DNA of 64,000 nt from Gaiellaceae bacterium. Lineage in GTDB: Bacteria > Actinomycetota > Thermoleophilia > Gaiellales > Gaiellaceae. Numbering within the stretch: the stretch's first letter is position 1; the number at the start of each line of letters is the position of its first letter. Below the pieces are notes generated by a model. That model worked only from the letters and a program-made list of their open reading frames with translations, ran no database searches and was not told the origin of the DNA. Both the position numbers and the translations under genes were made by a program. The DNA lies in assembly GCA_035601195.1 (NCBI GenBank), contig DATNOU010000095.1, forward strand, positions 3,002-67,001, read 5' to 3'. Shown piece by piece: positions 35,259-43,867 of this stretch.

Positions 35259-36413
35259 CTAGAGCTCTTCGACGTCGACGGAGACGATCGTGTCCGGCTT
35301 GAGGAACCGGCCGTTCACGAAGGGCCAGTCGTCGCTGTCCGTCGACCCGAGTTGCTTGGTCAGTGCCTTGGCGTAGCCTTTCGCCTCGCCGATGTCCTCG
35401 CACTCGGCCACGGTCATGCGCTCACCCAATGTGAGCCGGATGGAAACGCGATAGGCCGCCGCGGGTGCGGCGGCCGGAGGGGGAGTGTCGTCCTCGAAAT
35501 CTTCGTGCATCTGCCCGTTCGACTGCGGGAGGCTCTGCGGCACGAACGGCTCCGTGGCGAGCGGCGCCAACTCGGGCTCGGGCTCCGGCTCGGGAGCAGG
35601 CGCCGGCGCCTCGAACGCGGGCGCCTCGAACGCGGGCGCCTCGAACGCGGGCGCTGGCAGCTCAGGCGCTGCCTCCATAACAGGCTCGGGCAGAGCTTCG
35701 GGCTCCGGCTCGCGCTCGAACGCGGGCTCCGGCTCGGGCACAGACTCAGACTCAGCAGGCGCGTCGAAGCTGTACTCCGAGGCGTCGAAGTGCGGCGCCG
35801 CTTCCTGCTCGGGCGCAGCTTCGATTGTCCGGTCGGCCTCGAACGCCGGCTCCGGCCCGGCTTCGAACTCGGCGGCCGGGAGCTCAGGCTCGGCGGCAGG
35901 AACACTCGTGTCGACCCGCGGCGGCTGAGGCTCAGGCTCAGGGGCCGCGGCGGCAGCCTCGTAGGTGCCGCCGAAGATCTCGCCGATAACGTCGTTCAGC
36001 TCGCTGCGCGCGACCACGATGAACCGAGCTTCCTGTCCGAGCGCCTCGCGGATGTTGCGGTTCAGGACGTCGTTCGTCGGGTCGGCAACGGCGACGATCG
36101 GAGTCCCTTCCTCGAACCCGATCGGCAGCGCCGTGAACAGGCGTGCCTGGTCTTCGGACAGCAGGCGGGCCGCGTCGGGCTCGATGCCCCGCTCGCGCAG
36201 GCTGACGAAGGGTAGGCCCTTCTGCCCGGCGAGAAGCCGCGTCAGGTCCTCTTCCTTGATCAGGTTGCGCTCGACGAGGATCTCGCCGAGCCGGCGTCCG
36301 GTCTTGACGCCCTCCTCGAGGGCGTTCTCGATCGTCTCCGCGGGCAGGAGTCCTGCCCTGAAGATCAGGGTTCCAAGGGGTGCGTCGGGACGCTCTCTCA
36401 ACGGGGTGCTCAT
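35259..36413 (-). CDS. MshEN / T2SSE_N domain protein with Pro/Glu/Ala-rich repeat linker
   Basis: The N-terminus carries two tandem copies of the RLGxx(L/V)(L/V)xxGL(I/L)xxxxLxxxL-type motif (LGTLIFRAGLLPAETIENAL and RLGEILVERNLIKEEDLTRLLAGQ), followed by a GspE_N-like region. No ATPase domain is present. Confidence 0.65.
   Translation of the reverse strand: MSTPLRERPDAPLGTLIFRAGLLPAETIENALEEGVKTGRRLGEILVERNLIKEEDLTRLLAGQKGLPFVSLRERGIEPDAARLLSEDQARLFTALPIGFEEGTPIVAVADPTNDVLNRNIREALGQEARFIVVARSELNDVIGEIFGGTYEAAAAAPEPEPQPPRVDTSVPAAEPELPAAEFEAGPEPAFEADRTIEAAPEQEAAPHFDASEYSFDAPAESESVPEPEPAFEREPEPEALPEPVMEAAPELPAPAFEAPAFEAPAFEAPAPAPEPEPEPELAPLATEPFVPQSLPQSNGQMHEDFEDDTPPPAAAPAAAYRVSIRLTLGERMTVAECEDIGEAKGYAKALTKQLGSTDSDDWPFVNGRFLKPDTIVSVDVEEL
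35606..35650. repeat. Perfect 15-bp tandem repeat x3 (gcgcctcgaacgcgg) inside the CDS
   Basis: Three identical adjacent copies encode APAFE x3 on the minus strand. Confidence 0.9.
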
Positions 36414-36575
36414 ATGCCGCAGATCTCAGTTGCCGCAGTGCTCGGGCGGGTTTTTCGCCCTGTCTTCGACTATCGGTGAGGGAACGGTGGGAGGTATCAC
36501 CCTTTCGAGGGGTTGCTCACCGTTCAGCCCGGATTCTCACTAAGATTTCGCCGCGACGAAAAATAGGTTTCGCCA

Positions 36576-37913
36576 ATGAACAAGGCCAGACAGGCAACCA
36601 GCGACAGATGGACGACTGACGGACGCCGGGCGACGGTCGAGGTCGGGGACGTCCTTCCCGGCGAGGCGGCGACCCTCCGGGCGGCTCACGAGACACTGCG
36701 CGGCGAGCGCCGGGGCCTCCGCGGGCTCTGGCCCTTCCTCGGGCCCGCGTTCGTCGCCGCAGTTGCGTACATCGATCCGGGCAACTTCGCCACGAACATC
36801 GCAGGCGGCGCGAAGTACGGGTACCTGCTCCTCTGGGTGGTGCTCTCGGCCAACCTCATGGCGATGCTCGTGCAGACCCTGTCGGCCAAGCTCGGGATCG
36901 CCACAGGCAAGAACCTGCCCGAAACCTGCCGCGACCATTTCCCCAAGCCAGTGTCCATTGTCCTCTGGCTCCAGGCGGAGGGGATCGCGATGGCAACAGA
37001 TCTCGCCGAAGTGATCGGCGCTGCGCTGGGCCTCCACCTCCTCTTCGGAATGCCTCTCTTCCTCGCGGGCCTGCTGGCCGGCGCAGGGGCGTTCGGGATC
37101 CTTGCGCTCCAGCGCTACGGATTCCGCCGGCTCGAGGCCGCAGTCGCCTCCCTTGTCGGCGTCATCGTCGTGTCGTTTGCGCTCGAAGTGCTTATCGCGA
37201 AACCGGACGGCAAGGAAGTCGCGAAGCATCTTGTCCTTCCCAGGTTCGAGGGGACGGAGTCCGTGCTGCTCGCCGTCGGAATCCTCGGCGCCACGGTCAT
37301 GCCGCACGTCGTCTATCTGCACTCCGCCCTGACGCAGAACCGCATCGAAGGCCGTGACGAGGAGGAAAAAAAGAAGATCCAGCGGTTCGAGCGAATCGAC
37401 GTGATCATCGCGATGACGATCGCCGGGCTCGTGAACATCTCGATGCTGGCGATCGCGGCGGCTGTGTTCTTTGGCATCGGCATCGAGTCGATCGAGGATG
37501 CCTACGCGAACTTCGAGCTCGAGCTGGGCTCCGGGGCGGCCATCCTCTTCGGAATCGCGCTGCTCGCCTCAGGCTTCTCCTCTTCGTCCGTCGGGACGAT
37601 GGCCGGGCAAGTGGTCATGCAGGGCTTCATCAACCGCCGGATCCCGCTGTTTCTGCGGCGCGCGATCACGCTTACCCCGGCGCTCGTGATTCTCGGCATC
37701 GGGGTCGATCCGAGCCGCTCGCTCGTCATCAGTCAGGTCGTCCTCTCCTTTGGGATCCCGTTCGCGCTCGTCCCGCTGGTGATCTTCACGAGCCGGCGCA
37801 ATTTGATGGGGTCGCTCGTGAACACGCGCCTGACCACGGGCGCAGCGTGCGGGGTCGCGACGCTCATCATCCTCCTGAACCTCTTTCTCCTCTACGAGAC
37901 CTTCGTCGGCTAG
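36576..37913 (+). CDS. mntH: Nramp family divalent metal (Mn2+/Fe2+) transporter
   Basis: 445 aa polytopic protein. The hallmark motifs are AYIDPGNFATNI and GATVMPHVVYLHS. Confidence 0.9.
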   Translation: MNKARQATSDRWTTDGRRATVEVGDVLPGEAATLRAAHETLRGERRGLRGLWPFLGPAFVAAVAYIDPGNFATNIAGGAKYGYLLLWVVLSANLMAMLVQTLSAKLGIATGKNLPETCRDHFPKPVSIVLWLQAEGIAMATDLAEVIGAALGLHLLFGMPLFLAGLLAGAGAFGILALQRYGFRRLEAAVASLVGVIVVSFALEVLIAKPDGKEVAKHLVLPRFEGTESVLLAVGILGATVMPHVVYLHSALTQNRIEGRDEEEKKKIQRFERIDVIIAMTIAGLVNISMLAIAAAVFFGIGIESIEDAYANFELELGSGAAILFGIALLASGFSSSSVGTMAGQVVMQGFINRRIPLFLRRAITLTPALVILGIGVDPSRSLVISQVVLSFGIPFALVPLVIFTSRRNLMGSLVNTRLTTGAACGVATLIILLNLFLLYETFVG

Positions 37914-37960
37914 CGCTCGGGGATAGCGTTCACCTCGACCGGCCTAGCAAAGGGGAGACG

Positions 37961-38746
37961 ATGAGAGACGACCTTGTAGTCGGGAACGAGTTCCCCGACA
38001 TCAGCCTGCCCGAGCACACGGGCAAGGAGCTTTCGCTTGAGGTGATCGCGCCACAGCAGCCGCTCGTACTCGCGTTCGTGCGCGGTTGGTGGTGCCCGAA
38101 GGAGCAGATCCGGCTCAGGAAGCTCGTCGACGCCCAGGACGAGCTCCAGCGGGAGTACGGGCGCATCGCCGCGGTGACCGTCGACGAGCCCTACGTCAAC
38201 GGAGCTTTTCGCGCCGGCATCGGCGCCGACTTCCCGTTTCTCTCGGACGAGGAGCGGCGGATCGCCGGTGAGCTCGATCTGCTGGAGCTGACGGACGAGC
38301 TGCACCGGCCGTTTCTCCCGTATACGTTCGTCCTGGACTCCAACCGCATCATCCGCAACATCTGGTGCGGATTCTGGTACTGGGGTAACCCGACGATCGA
38401 AGAGCTCCGGCTCGCTCTCCGCGAGATCACTCGCGCGGAACAGCCAACTTACGACCCGCAGCGTGTCTGGGCTGCGGGTGGCGCCGCCCCGGCGGACGCC
38501 GGGATCGAAGGCGAGGTCGTCTGGATCCGGGAGAACAGCCAGGGGCAGGAGCTCTGGCGGGGAGTGCACGAGGGTGAGGTGCCGGAGGTCGGCGACGAGC
38601 TCGGCCGCTCGATGGTGGACGGCCGTCCCTGGGTCGTGCGGGCAATCGAGCGCAAGGACGGCCGGGTGGGCATCCACCTCAGCAAGGAAGGGAAGAGCAG
38701 CGCCGATCCCCACGAGGTCGGCCACCACATCACCGTGCCGCGCTAG
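37961..38746 (+). CDS. Thioredoxin-fold (AhpC/TSA/redoxin-like) protein with C-terminal extension
   Basis: ATG 37961 is preceded by AAAGGGGAG. LVLAFVRGWWCPKEQ resembles the peroxiredoxin-like Cys context. Confidence 0.55.
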   Translation: MRDDLVVGNEFPDISLPEHTGKELSLEVIAPQQPLVLAFVRGWWCPKEQIRLRKLVDAQDELQREYGRIAAVTVDEPYVNGAFRAGIGADFPFLSDEERRIAGELDLLELTDELHRPFLPYTFVLDSNRIIRNIWCGFWYWGNPTIEELRLALREITRAEQPTYDPQRVWAAGGAAPADAGIEGEVVWIRENSQGQELWRGVHEGEVPEVGDELGRSMVDGRPWVVRAIERKDGRVGIHLSKEGKSSADPHEVGHHITVPR

Positions 38747-38820
38747 TCGCTTTTGGACCTGCCCGGGGTCTGACCCCGGGCAGGTCCGATATGGACACCG
38801 GGGTCTGACCCCGGTGTCCC
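38716..38820 (+). repeat. Direct repeat copy A (~105 bp): last ~30 nt of the CDS + REP doublet
   Basis: Near-identical to 41104..41206, with 2 substitutions and a 2-nt indel by eye. It contains hairpins GGACCTGCCCGGGG-tctga-CCCCGGGCAGGTCC (38755-38787) and GGACACCGGGG-tctga-CCCCGGTGTCC (38793-38819). Confidence 0.85.
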
Positions 38821-38836
38821 GACTCGGCTGACGCCG

Positions 38837-40051
38837 TCAGGCGACCAGAAGGCCCGTGGCGTACATCACGGCGATCCCGGTCAGGAAACCGCCGATGACG
38901 TACCCGGAGGCAAGACCGCCCGGCGCTCGGCGAGCGACGAAGCGACCGACCTCGACGATGACCTCGAAGGCGGCGCCTGCACCCGCGGCGAAGAAGAGCA
39001 CACCGAGGAAGTCGTCGGTGAGGAACCCGCCGACCCACGCGCCGACGATTGCGGGCCCGCCCGCTACGAGCGCGAGCAGCGCGAGCCGGCCGATGCTTGC
39101 TTTCTTCTCCTCGGCCGCTGGAGCGGCGATTCCGAGCCCCTCGGTGATGTTGTGGACCATGAAGCCGACGACCAGGAAGGTTCCCAAAGTGAGCTCCCCC
39201 AGTGCGAAGGACGAGCCGATCGCAAGCCCTTCGCCGAGGTTGTGAAGCCCGATCCCGACTGCGACGAGCGTCGCAAGTGCGAGGCCCCCGAGCTCGGTGT
39301 TGCGGCGCGCCCCTCCTCCTGCGCCAAGCCGCTGGGCGAGGAACGTGAGGGCAAGGTAGCTGGTCGCCACGCCGATCAGGACGAGACCAGGACCGCCTAG
39401 GGCTCCAGGGAGTGCCGCCTGGCGCTGGAGTGCCTCGGCGAGCGCCTCGAGGGCAAGGAAGGCGAGCAGGCCCCCCGTTAGGGCCATGAAAGCGGCCAGC
39501 CACTGCGGAGCCGCGCGCCGGAGGGACGGCAGCCACAGGAGCCCGAGCGCCACCGGAACGATGCCGACGAGGAAGCCGACGAGTGCGTAACCGAAGAAGC
39601 CCTTCGGCGAGGCGCTGGGCGTCTCGACCGCGGCTGCGATCTCCTCCGTCGTCTCGATTCCGGTCGAGCTCGTCACACCGACCGCGATGGGATCCTCCTC
39701 GACCCAGTCGAAGGGGATGACGATCGTCGCGGAGCGAAGCCGCTCGAGCCGCTGCGGGCCATCGACCGAGAAGGGAACGATCGCGTCGTCGACCGAGACC
39801 AAGGCGATCGTAAGGTCGTCACGCTGAGGGTTCGTGACTCGGATCCTGATCTCGCCGGGCTGGAACTCGACCCGGCGGATCTTGAACTCGTCGACCGGCG
39901 GCGGGTTGCGCCCGAGCAGCCCCAGAACGGAATCGCCGGCGGCTGCGAAGACCGAGACTGCACCGACGAGCAGAAGGATCGGAACCAACGCCCAGAGGCG
40001 CCAGCCGAGATCGCCCGCCCTACGCTTCTCCGCCGCCGAGCTCGACTCCAT
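38837..40051 (-). CDS. ZIP family metal transporter with N-terminal extracytoplasmic domain
   Basis: 404 aa. The ZIP signatures are GIGLHNLGEGLAIG and FMVHNITEGLG. The start overlaps the stop of the multicopper oxidase gene (ATGA at 40051). Confidence 0.75.
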   Translation of the reverse strand: MESSSAAEKRRAGDLGWRLWALVPILLLVGAVSVFAAAGDSVLGLLGRNPPPVDEFKIRRVEFQPGEIRIRVTNPQRDDLTIALVSVDDAIVPFSVDGPQRLERLRSATIVIPFDWVEEDPIAVGVTSSTGIETTEEIAAAVETPSASPKGFFGYALVGFLVGIVPVALGLLWLPSLRRAAPQWLAAFMALTGGLLAFLALEALAEALQRQAALPGALGGPGLVLIGVATSYLALTFLAQRLGAGGGARRNTELGGLALATLVAVGIGLHNLGEGLAIGSSFALGELTLGTFLVVGFMVHNITEGLGIAAPAAEEKKASIGRLALLALVAGGPAIVGAWVGGFLTDDFLGVLFFAAGAGAAFEVIVEVGRFVARRAPGGLASGYVIGGFLTGIAVMYATGLLVA

Positions 40052-41052
40052 CAGTCGACGACGTCGAAGAAGCCCATCCAGCCCAGCTCCGCGAACTCGG
40101 ATTGGTGTGCGTGAAACATGAACTTCCCGGTGTTTGAGAAGTCGATCTCGAGGATGCAGCGCTCGCCCTGGCAGAGCATGACGGTGTCCGTGTACTCGAA
40201 CTGCTCGGTCGAGCCGGTGCGGTAAAGCCGGAAGAACTCGCCGTGCAGGTGCAAAGAGTTGATGAGGTCGAACTCCGTCAGGTTGGCGAGGTAGATCCGC
40301 ACGGTCTGCGAGCGGCTGACCCTGATCGGATACTTCGCGTAGTAGAACGTGAGCCCGTTGACGGTGTAGAAGTTGTTGTTCCCGTCACCGTCGGTGTCGT
40401 AGCCGTTCATCACCATGACGAGCTCCTGGGCGGGCGGGCGAGGCTTTTGGGGATCGACGATGAAGGCGCCGTAGAGGCCCTTGTGAATGTGCTTCTTGAG
40501 CGGTGTCGCGTGGCAGTGGTAAAGGTGCATCCCGTAGGGGCGAGCGGGAAACTCGTACGCGAAGCTTTCGTCCGGCTCGACCACTTCGAAGACGCCGTCC
40601 ATGTTTGCCGGGTGAATCCCGTGAAAATGGATCGTGTGCGGGTGCGAGCCGGCGTTCACCAAGTGGACGCGCAGAAGGTCGTCCTCGGTCGCCCGGATGA
40701 TCGGCCCCGGAACGGTGCCGTTGTACGTCCACGCGTTGAACGTCACTCCCTTGGCGACCTCGATCTGCTTGTCGGATGCGACAAGGGTGTATTCGCGCAC
40801 GCGGCCCGGCTCGTGCGGCAAGGCCTGTGCCGGGAAAAGAAGTTCGTCGAGGTCGTGGGGTCCACCCGGCGCTGGCGCGGCGTCGCCAATCATCGCGGCA
40901 TGCCCGCTGGCGGCATGCTCATGCCCGAGATGCGTCGCCTCCCGGTTGCTGGCCAGGAGGGGTGAGGACGCGAGGCTGCACAGGGGCCCAACCGTCACGA
41001 TCGGCGCGGCTCCGGCTAGGAGCCGACGGCGAGTGAATTTTGAATTAGACAC
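40051..41052 (-). CDS. Multicopper oxidase (two-domain, small-laccase/NirK-like) with Tat signal
   Basis: The GTG start is followed by the twin-arginine motif TRRRLLAG. The copper ligand motifs are HTIHFHG, LYHCHATP...H and FMFHAHQSEF. Confidence 0.8.
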   Translation of the reverse strand: MSNSKFTRRRLLAGAAPIVTVGPLCSLASSPLLASNREATHLGHEHAASGHAAMIGDAAPAPGGPHDLDELLFPAQALPHEPGRVREYTLVASDKQIEVAKGVTFNAWTYNGTVPGPIIRATEDDLLRVHLVNAGSHPHTIHFHGIHPANMDGVFEVVEPDESFAYEFPARPYGMHLYHCHATPLKKHIHKGLYGAFIVDPQKPRPPAQELVMVMNGYDTDGDGNNNFYTVNGLTFYYAKYPIRVSRSQTVRIYLANLTEFDLINSLHLHGEFFRLYRTGSTEQFEYTDTVMLCQGERCILEIDFSNTGKFMFHAHQSEFAELGWMGFFDVVD

Positions 41053-41103
41053 ATCTAAATCCTAGTTTCGCTGGTGCGAGACAGCAAGTCGTTGCCCGCA
41101 GGC

Positions 41104-41206
41104 GGTCGGCCACCACATCATCGCCGCGCTAGTCGCTTTCGGACCTGCCCGGGGTCTGACCCCGGGCAGGTCCGATATGGACACCGGGGTCTGACCCCGG
41201 TGTCCC
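41104..41206 (+). repeat. Direct repeat copy B (~103 bp): remnant of the 3' end of gene 37961..38746 + REP doublet
   Basis: ggtcggccaccacatcatcgccgcgctagtcgctttc + the same two hairpins (41141-41173 and 41179-41205) as copy A. Confidence 0.85.
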
Positions 41207-41208
41207 TT

Positions 41209-42447
41209 TTAGCCGGCGAGCTTCTCGATCGTCTTCGACGCGAGGCGGTCGAGTGCCTGGACGGCAAGCTCGAGGTGCTCCGGCTTCGTGTCCTCGAGCT
41301 TCGTGTGCGAGAGGCCGCGGAGGCTCTGGACGAAGAGCATGACCGTGGGGACGCCCGCGCGGGAAACCTCGGCCGCATCGTGTAGAGGGCCGCTCGGAAG
41401 GCGGTGCGACTGCCCGGCGACCTCGTTGACGGCCTCGTCGGCCAACGCGATTAGCTCCTCGTCGAAGAGGATCGGCTCGATCGCCCAGACCCGCTCCCAT
41501 TCGACGTCGACGTCCTCCTCGTTTGCGAACCGCCGGCTCGCGTCGTTTGCCTCGGCGAGCATGGAAGCGAGCTTCCCGGCGTCCAGATGGCGTTGGTCGA
41601 GGAGCACAGTGCAGGTCTCGACCACCGAGGTGACGATGCCGGGCTTCGTGACGCAGCTTCCCACCGTGCAGACCGCTCCATCGCCCGTTCGTTTGGCGAT
41701 CTCGCGGATCTCGAGCGCGAGTTTGGCAGCGCCGCCGAGGGCGTCTCGTCGCTTGTCCATCGGGGTCGAGCCGGCGTGGGCCGCCTGGCCGCGGAACGTG
41801 ATCTGGTGGCGTTCCACGCCGAACGTGCCCAGCACGACACCCAGCGGGAGGTCGAGTGCCTCCAGCACCGGGCCTTGTTCGATGTGGAGCTCGAGATAGG
41901 CGGCCGCGCCGTGGAGGCGGCTGCGCGCCTCGAGCGCGCGGTCGAGGTCGACGCCATGCGCAGCGAGCACCTCGGGAAGCGCCTGGCCGCCTGCGTCCCG
42001 GCGCGAACGCAGCTCGTCCTGGTCGACCATGGAGCCCGCGGCTGCGCTCGACCCGAAGAGGCTCCGGCCGAAACGAGCGCCCTCCTCGTCGGCCCAGTTG
42101 ACCAGGCGTACGGTGACGGGCGGCTCCCCCTCCTCCGCGATTCGTCGCAGGACCTCTGCGCCGGCGACGACGTTGAGCGCGCCGTCGAGCCAGCCGCCGT
42201 TGGGCACGGAGTCGATGTGGCCGCCGATGAGGAGAGCGCGTTCGGAGCTCCCGCGGGCCGTGAACCACTGGTTGCCCGCTTGGTCGATCTCCTCTTCGGC
42301 CGCCAGGGGCTCGAGCTTGGACGCCAGCCATTTCTTGGCCTCGACCCACGTGTCCGTCCAGGCAACGCGCTGTGCGCCCTCCTCGTTGCCCGTCAGCTCT
42401 CGGAGCTCGCGTAGCTCTGCCACCGTGCGGCCTGGGTCAAGCGCCAC
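41209..42447 (-). CDS. M20 family amidase (allantoate amidohydrolase / N-carbamoyl-L-amino-acid hydrolase type)
   Basis: Typical motifs are LIGGHIDSVPNGGWLDGALNV, NWADEEGARFG and FRGQAAHAG. GTG 42447 gives about 412 aa; a longer ORF runs to 42591. Confidence 0.8.
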   Translation of the reverse strand: MALDPGRTVAELRELRELTGNEEGAQRVAWTDTWVEAKKWLASKLEPLAAEEEIDQAGNQWFTARGSSERALLIGGHIDSVPNGGWLDGALNVVAGAEVLRRIAEEGEPPVTVRLVNWADEEGARFGRSLFGSSAAAGSMVDQDELRSRRDAGGQALPEVLAAHGVDLDRALEARSRLHGAAAYLELHIEQGPVLEALDLPLGVVLGTFGVERHQITFRGQAAHAGSTPMDKRRDALGGAAKLALEIREIAKRTGDGAVCTVGSCVTKPGIVTSVVETCTVLLDQRHLDAGKLASMLAEANDASRRFANEEDVDVEWERVWAIEPILFDEELIALADEAVNEVAGQSHRLPSGPLHDAAEVSRAGVPTVMLFVQSLRGLSHTKLEDTKPEHLELAVQALDRLASKTIEKLAG

Positions 42448-42577
42448 GGCCGAGGAGCTTATAAAGTCGCTGCATGGGACGCGGATCGAGGGCGATTCGA
42501 CGGTGGAAGAACGACCGCCAGCGCAAGAAGAAGGAACGCAGCAAGCGCAAGGCGACTGCTCGGCCGGCGAAGTAGCC

Positions 42578-42967
42578 ATGAGTGTCGTCACGGCCGTTCA
42601 CCTGTACGTCACCGACCTCGATCGCTCGGTCGACTTCTACTCGCGGCTGCTCGGCTACGGGCCGGCGGCCGCCTATGACGAGGGCGAGAACGCTCATAGC
42701 GCTTTCTTCGTGCTCGAGCAGCAGACGTTCCTCGTGCTGACGTGGGACACGGACCGTGGGAGGGAAGTGGGCGGGGCGGTTCGGCTGGAGCTGGCCGCCG
42801 AAGATCTCCAGCGGGAGGTCGACCGGCTCGAGGCGCACGGAGTCGGAAGCGGGACCATCACCCGAACGCGCTTCGGCACCGAGGTCTATGACCTGACCGA
42901 CCCGGACGGGCACCTCGTCCGCGTCGGTCCGGCCTGGACACTGCACGCCATCGAAGGCGCTGTCTAA
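42578..42967 (+). CDS. VOC / glyoxalase-bleomycin resistance family protein
   Basis: 129 aa. HLYVTDLDRSVDFYSRLLGY and DPDGHLVRV are typical VOC motifs. Confidence 0.75.
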   Translation: MSVVTAVHLYVTDLDRSVDFYSRLLGYGPAAAYDEGENAHSAFFVLEQQTFLVLTWDTDRGREVGGAVRLELAAEDLQREVDRLEAHGVGSGTITRTRFGTEVYDLTDPDGHLVRVGPAWTLHAIEGAV

Positions 42968-43060
42968 GTCTCAGTCTCAGGCTTCCTCCTGATCAACCCG
43001 CGGTCGGGAGATCAGCGGCCCTCGCCGGAAGAGCTCGCCGAGGAAGCTCGTCGCCTTGGG

Positions 43061-43867
43061 GTGGACGTCCACGTCCTCGGCGAGGACGACGACGCGACCG
43101 AGGTTGCCCGCCGAGCGGCCGAGTCCGGAGCGGAATCCCTGGGAATGGCCGGTGGAGACGGCTCGCTCGCGGCCGTCGCGGCGGTCGCCCTCGAGCGCGA
43201 CCTTCCGTTCGTCTGCATTCCGTTCGGGACGCGGAACCACTTTGCCCGAGACCTCGGCATCGACAGGGACGACCCGGTCGGAACCCTCGCGGCCTTCCAG
43301 GGCCGCGAGCGGCGGATCGACGTCGGCGCGGTCGGCGAGCGCCTCTCTCTCAACAACGTCTCGCTGGGGCTCTACGCGAGCTTCGTGCACGACCCGGCAC
43401 GGAAGACACGCAACCGGCTCATGGCCTTCCTGCGCATGGCTCCCGCGGCCCTCGGGCGAGGCCGGAGCCCCCTGGACGTCTCATTCGAGTTCGAAGGGAG
43501 GCGCGAGCGACGCGCGGCCCTGGTCGTGCTGGTGGCGAACAACGACTACCGCATCGAGACCCTGGCCGACCTCGGCGAGCGCGCCTGCCTCGACGAGAGC
43601 CTTCTGCACGCGTATGTGATCGAGGCTGTCAGCCGCCGCGCGCTGCTCGCACTGCTCGCGCGGGCCGCCGTCGGAAACGTCGGCGAGGCCAAGGGCCTGG
43701 TGGAATGGGCCGCGGAGCGCTTCTCCGTGGAGTCCTCTCGTGCGCGGCTCCACGCCGCGATCGACGGCGAGCCCGTTGTGCTCGAGACTCCGCTTGCGTT
43801 CGAGGTCGAGCCGCGCGCGCTACGGGTCCTGGTGCCGCCGTCCGGTGCGCAGAGCGGCGTGGAGTAG
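43061..43867 (+). CDS. Diacylglycerol/lipid kinase family (DAGK_cat) protein; true N-terminus probably upstream (open frame from 42968)
   Basis: The GGDGS motif and a C-terminal YegS-like domain are present. The conserved N-terminal LLINPRSG motif is encoded at 42986-43009, upstream of the first canonical start (GTG 43061). See findings. Confidence 0.7.
   Translation: MDVHVLGEDDDATEVARRAAESGAESLGMAGGDGSLAAVAAVALERDLPFVCIPFGTRNHFARDLGIDRDDPVGTLAAFQGRERRIDVGAVGERLSLNNVSLGLYASFVHDPARKTRNRLMAFLRMAPAALGRGRSPLDVSFEFEGRRERRAALVVLVANNDYRIETLADLGERACLDESLLHAYVIEAVSRRALLALLARAAVGNVGEAKGLVEWAAERFSVESSRARLHAAIDGEPVVLETPLAFEVEPRALRVLVPPSGAQSGVE

Noticed and set aside
35465-35928. Plus-strand ORFs (for example 35485..35928) rich in GSGSGAGA
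   Set aside because: They lie antisense to the P/E/A-rich repeat linker of the MshEN protein. The low-complexity mirror translation is an artefact.
38463-38831. ORFs reading through the REP doublets (38463..38831 +, 41074..41385 +, 41118..41378 -), which share the peptide ...CPGSDPGQVRYGHRGLTPVS...
   Set aside because: The shared peptide is simply the translation of the palindromic repeat. The ORFs overlap better-supported genes or intergenic hairpins.
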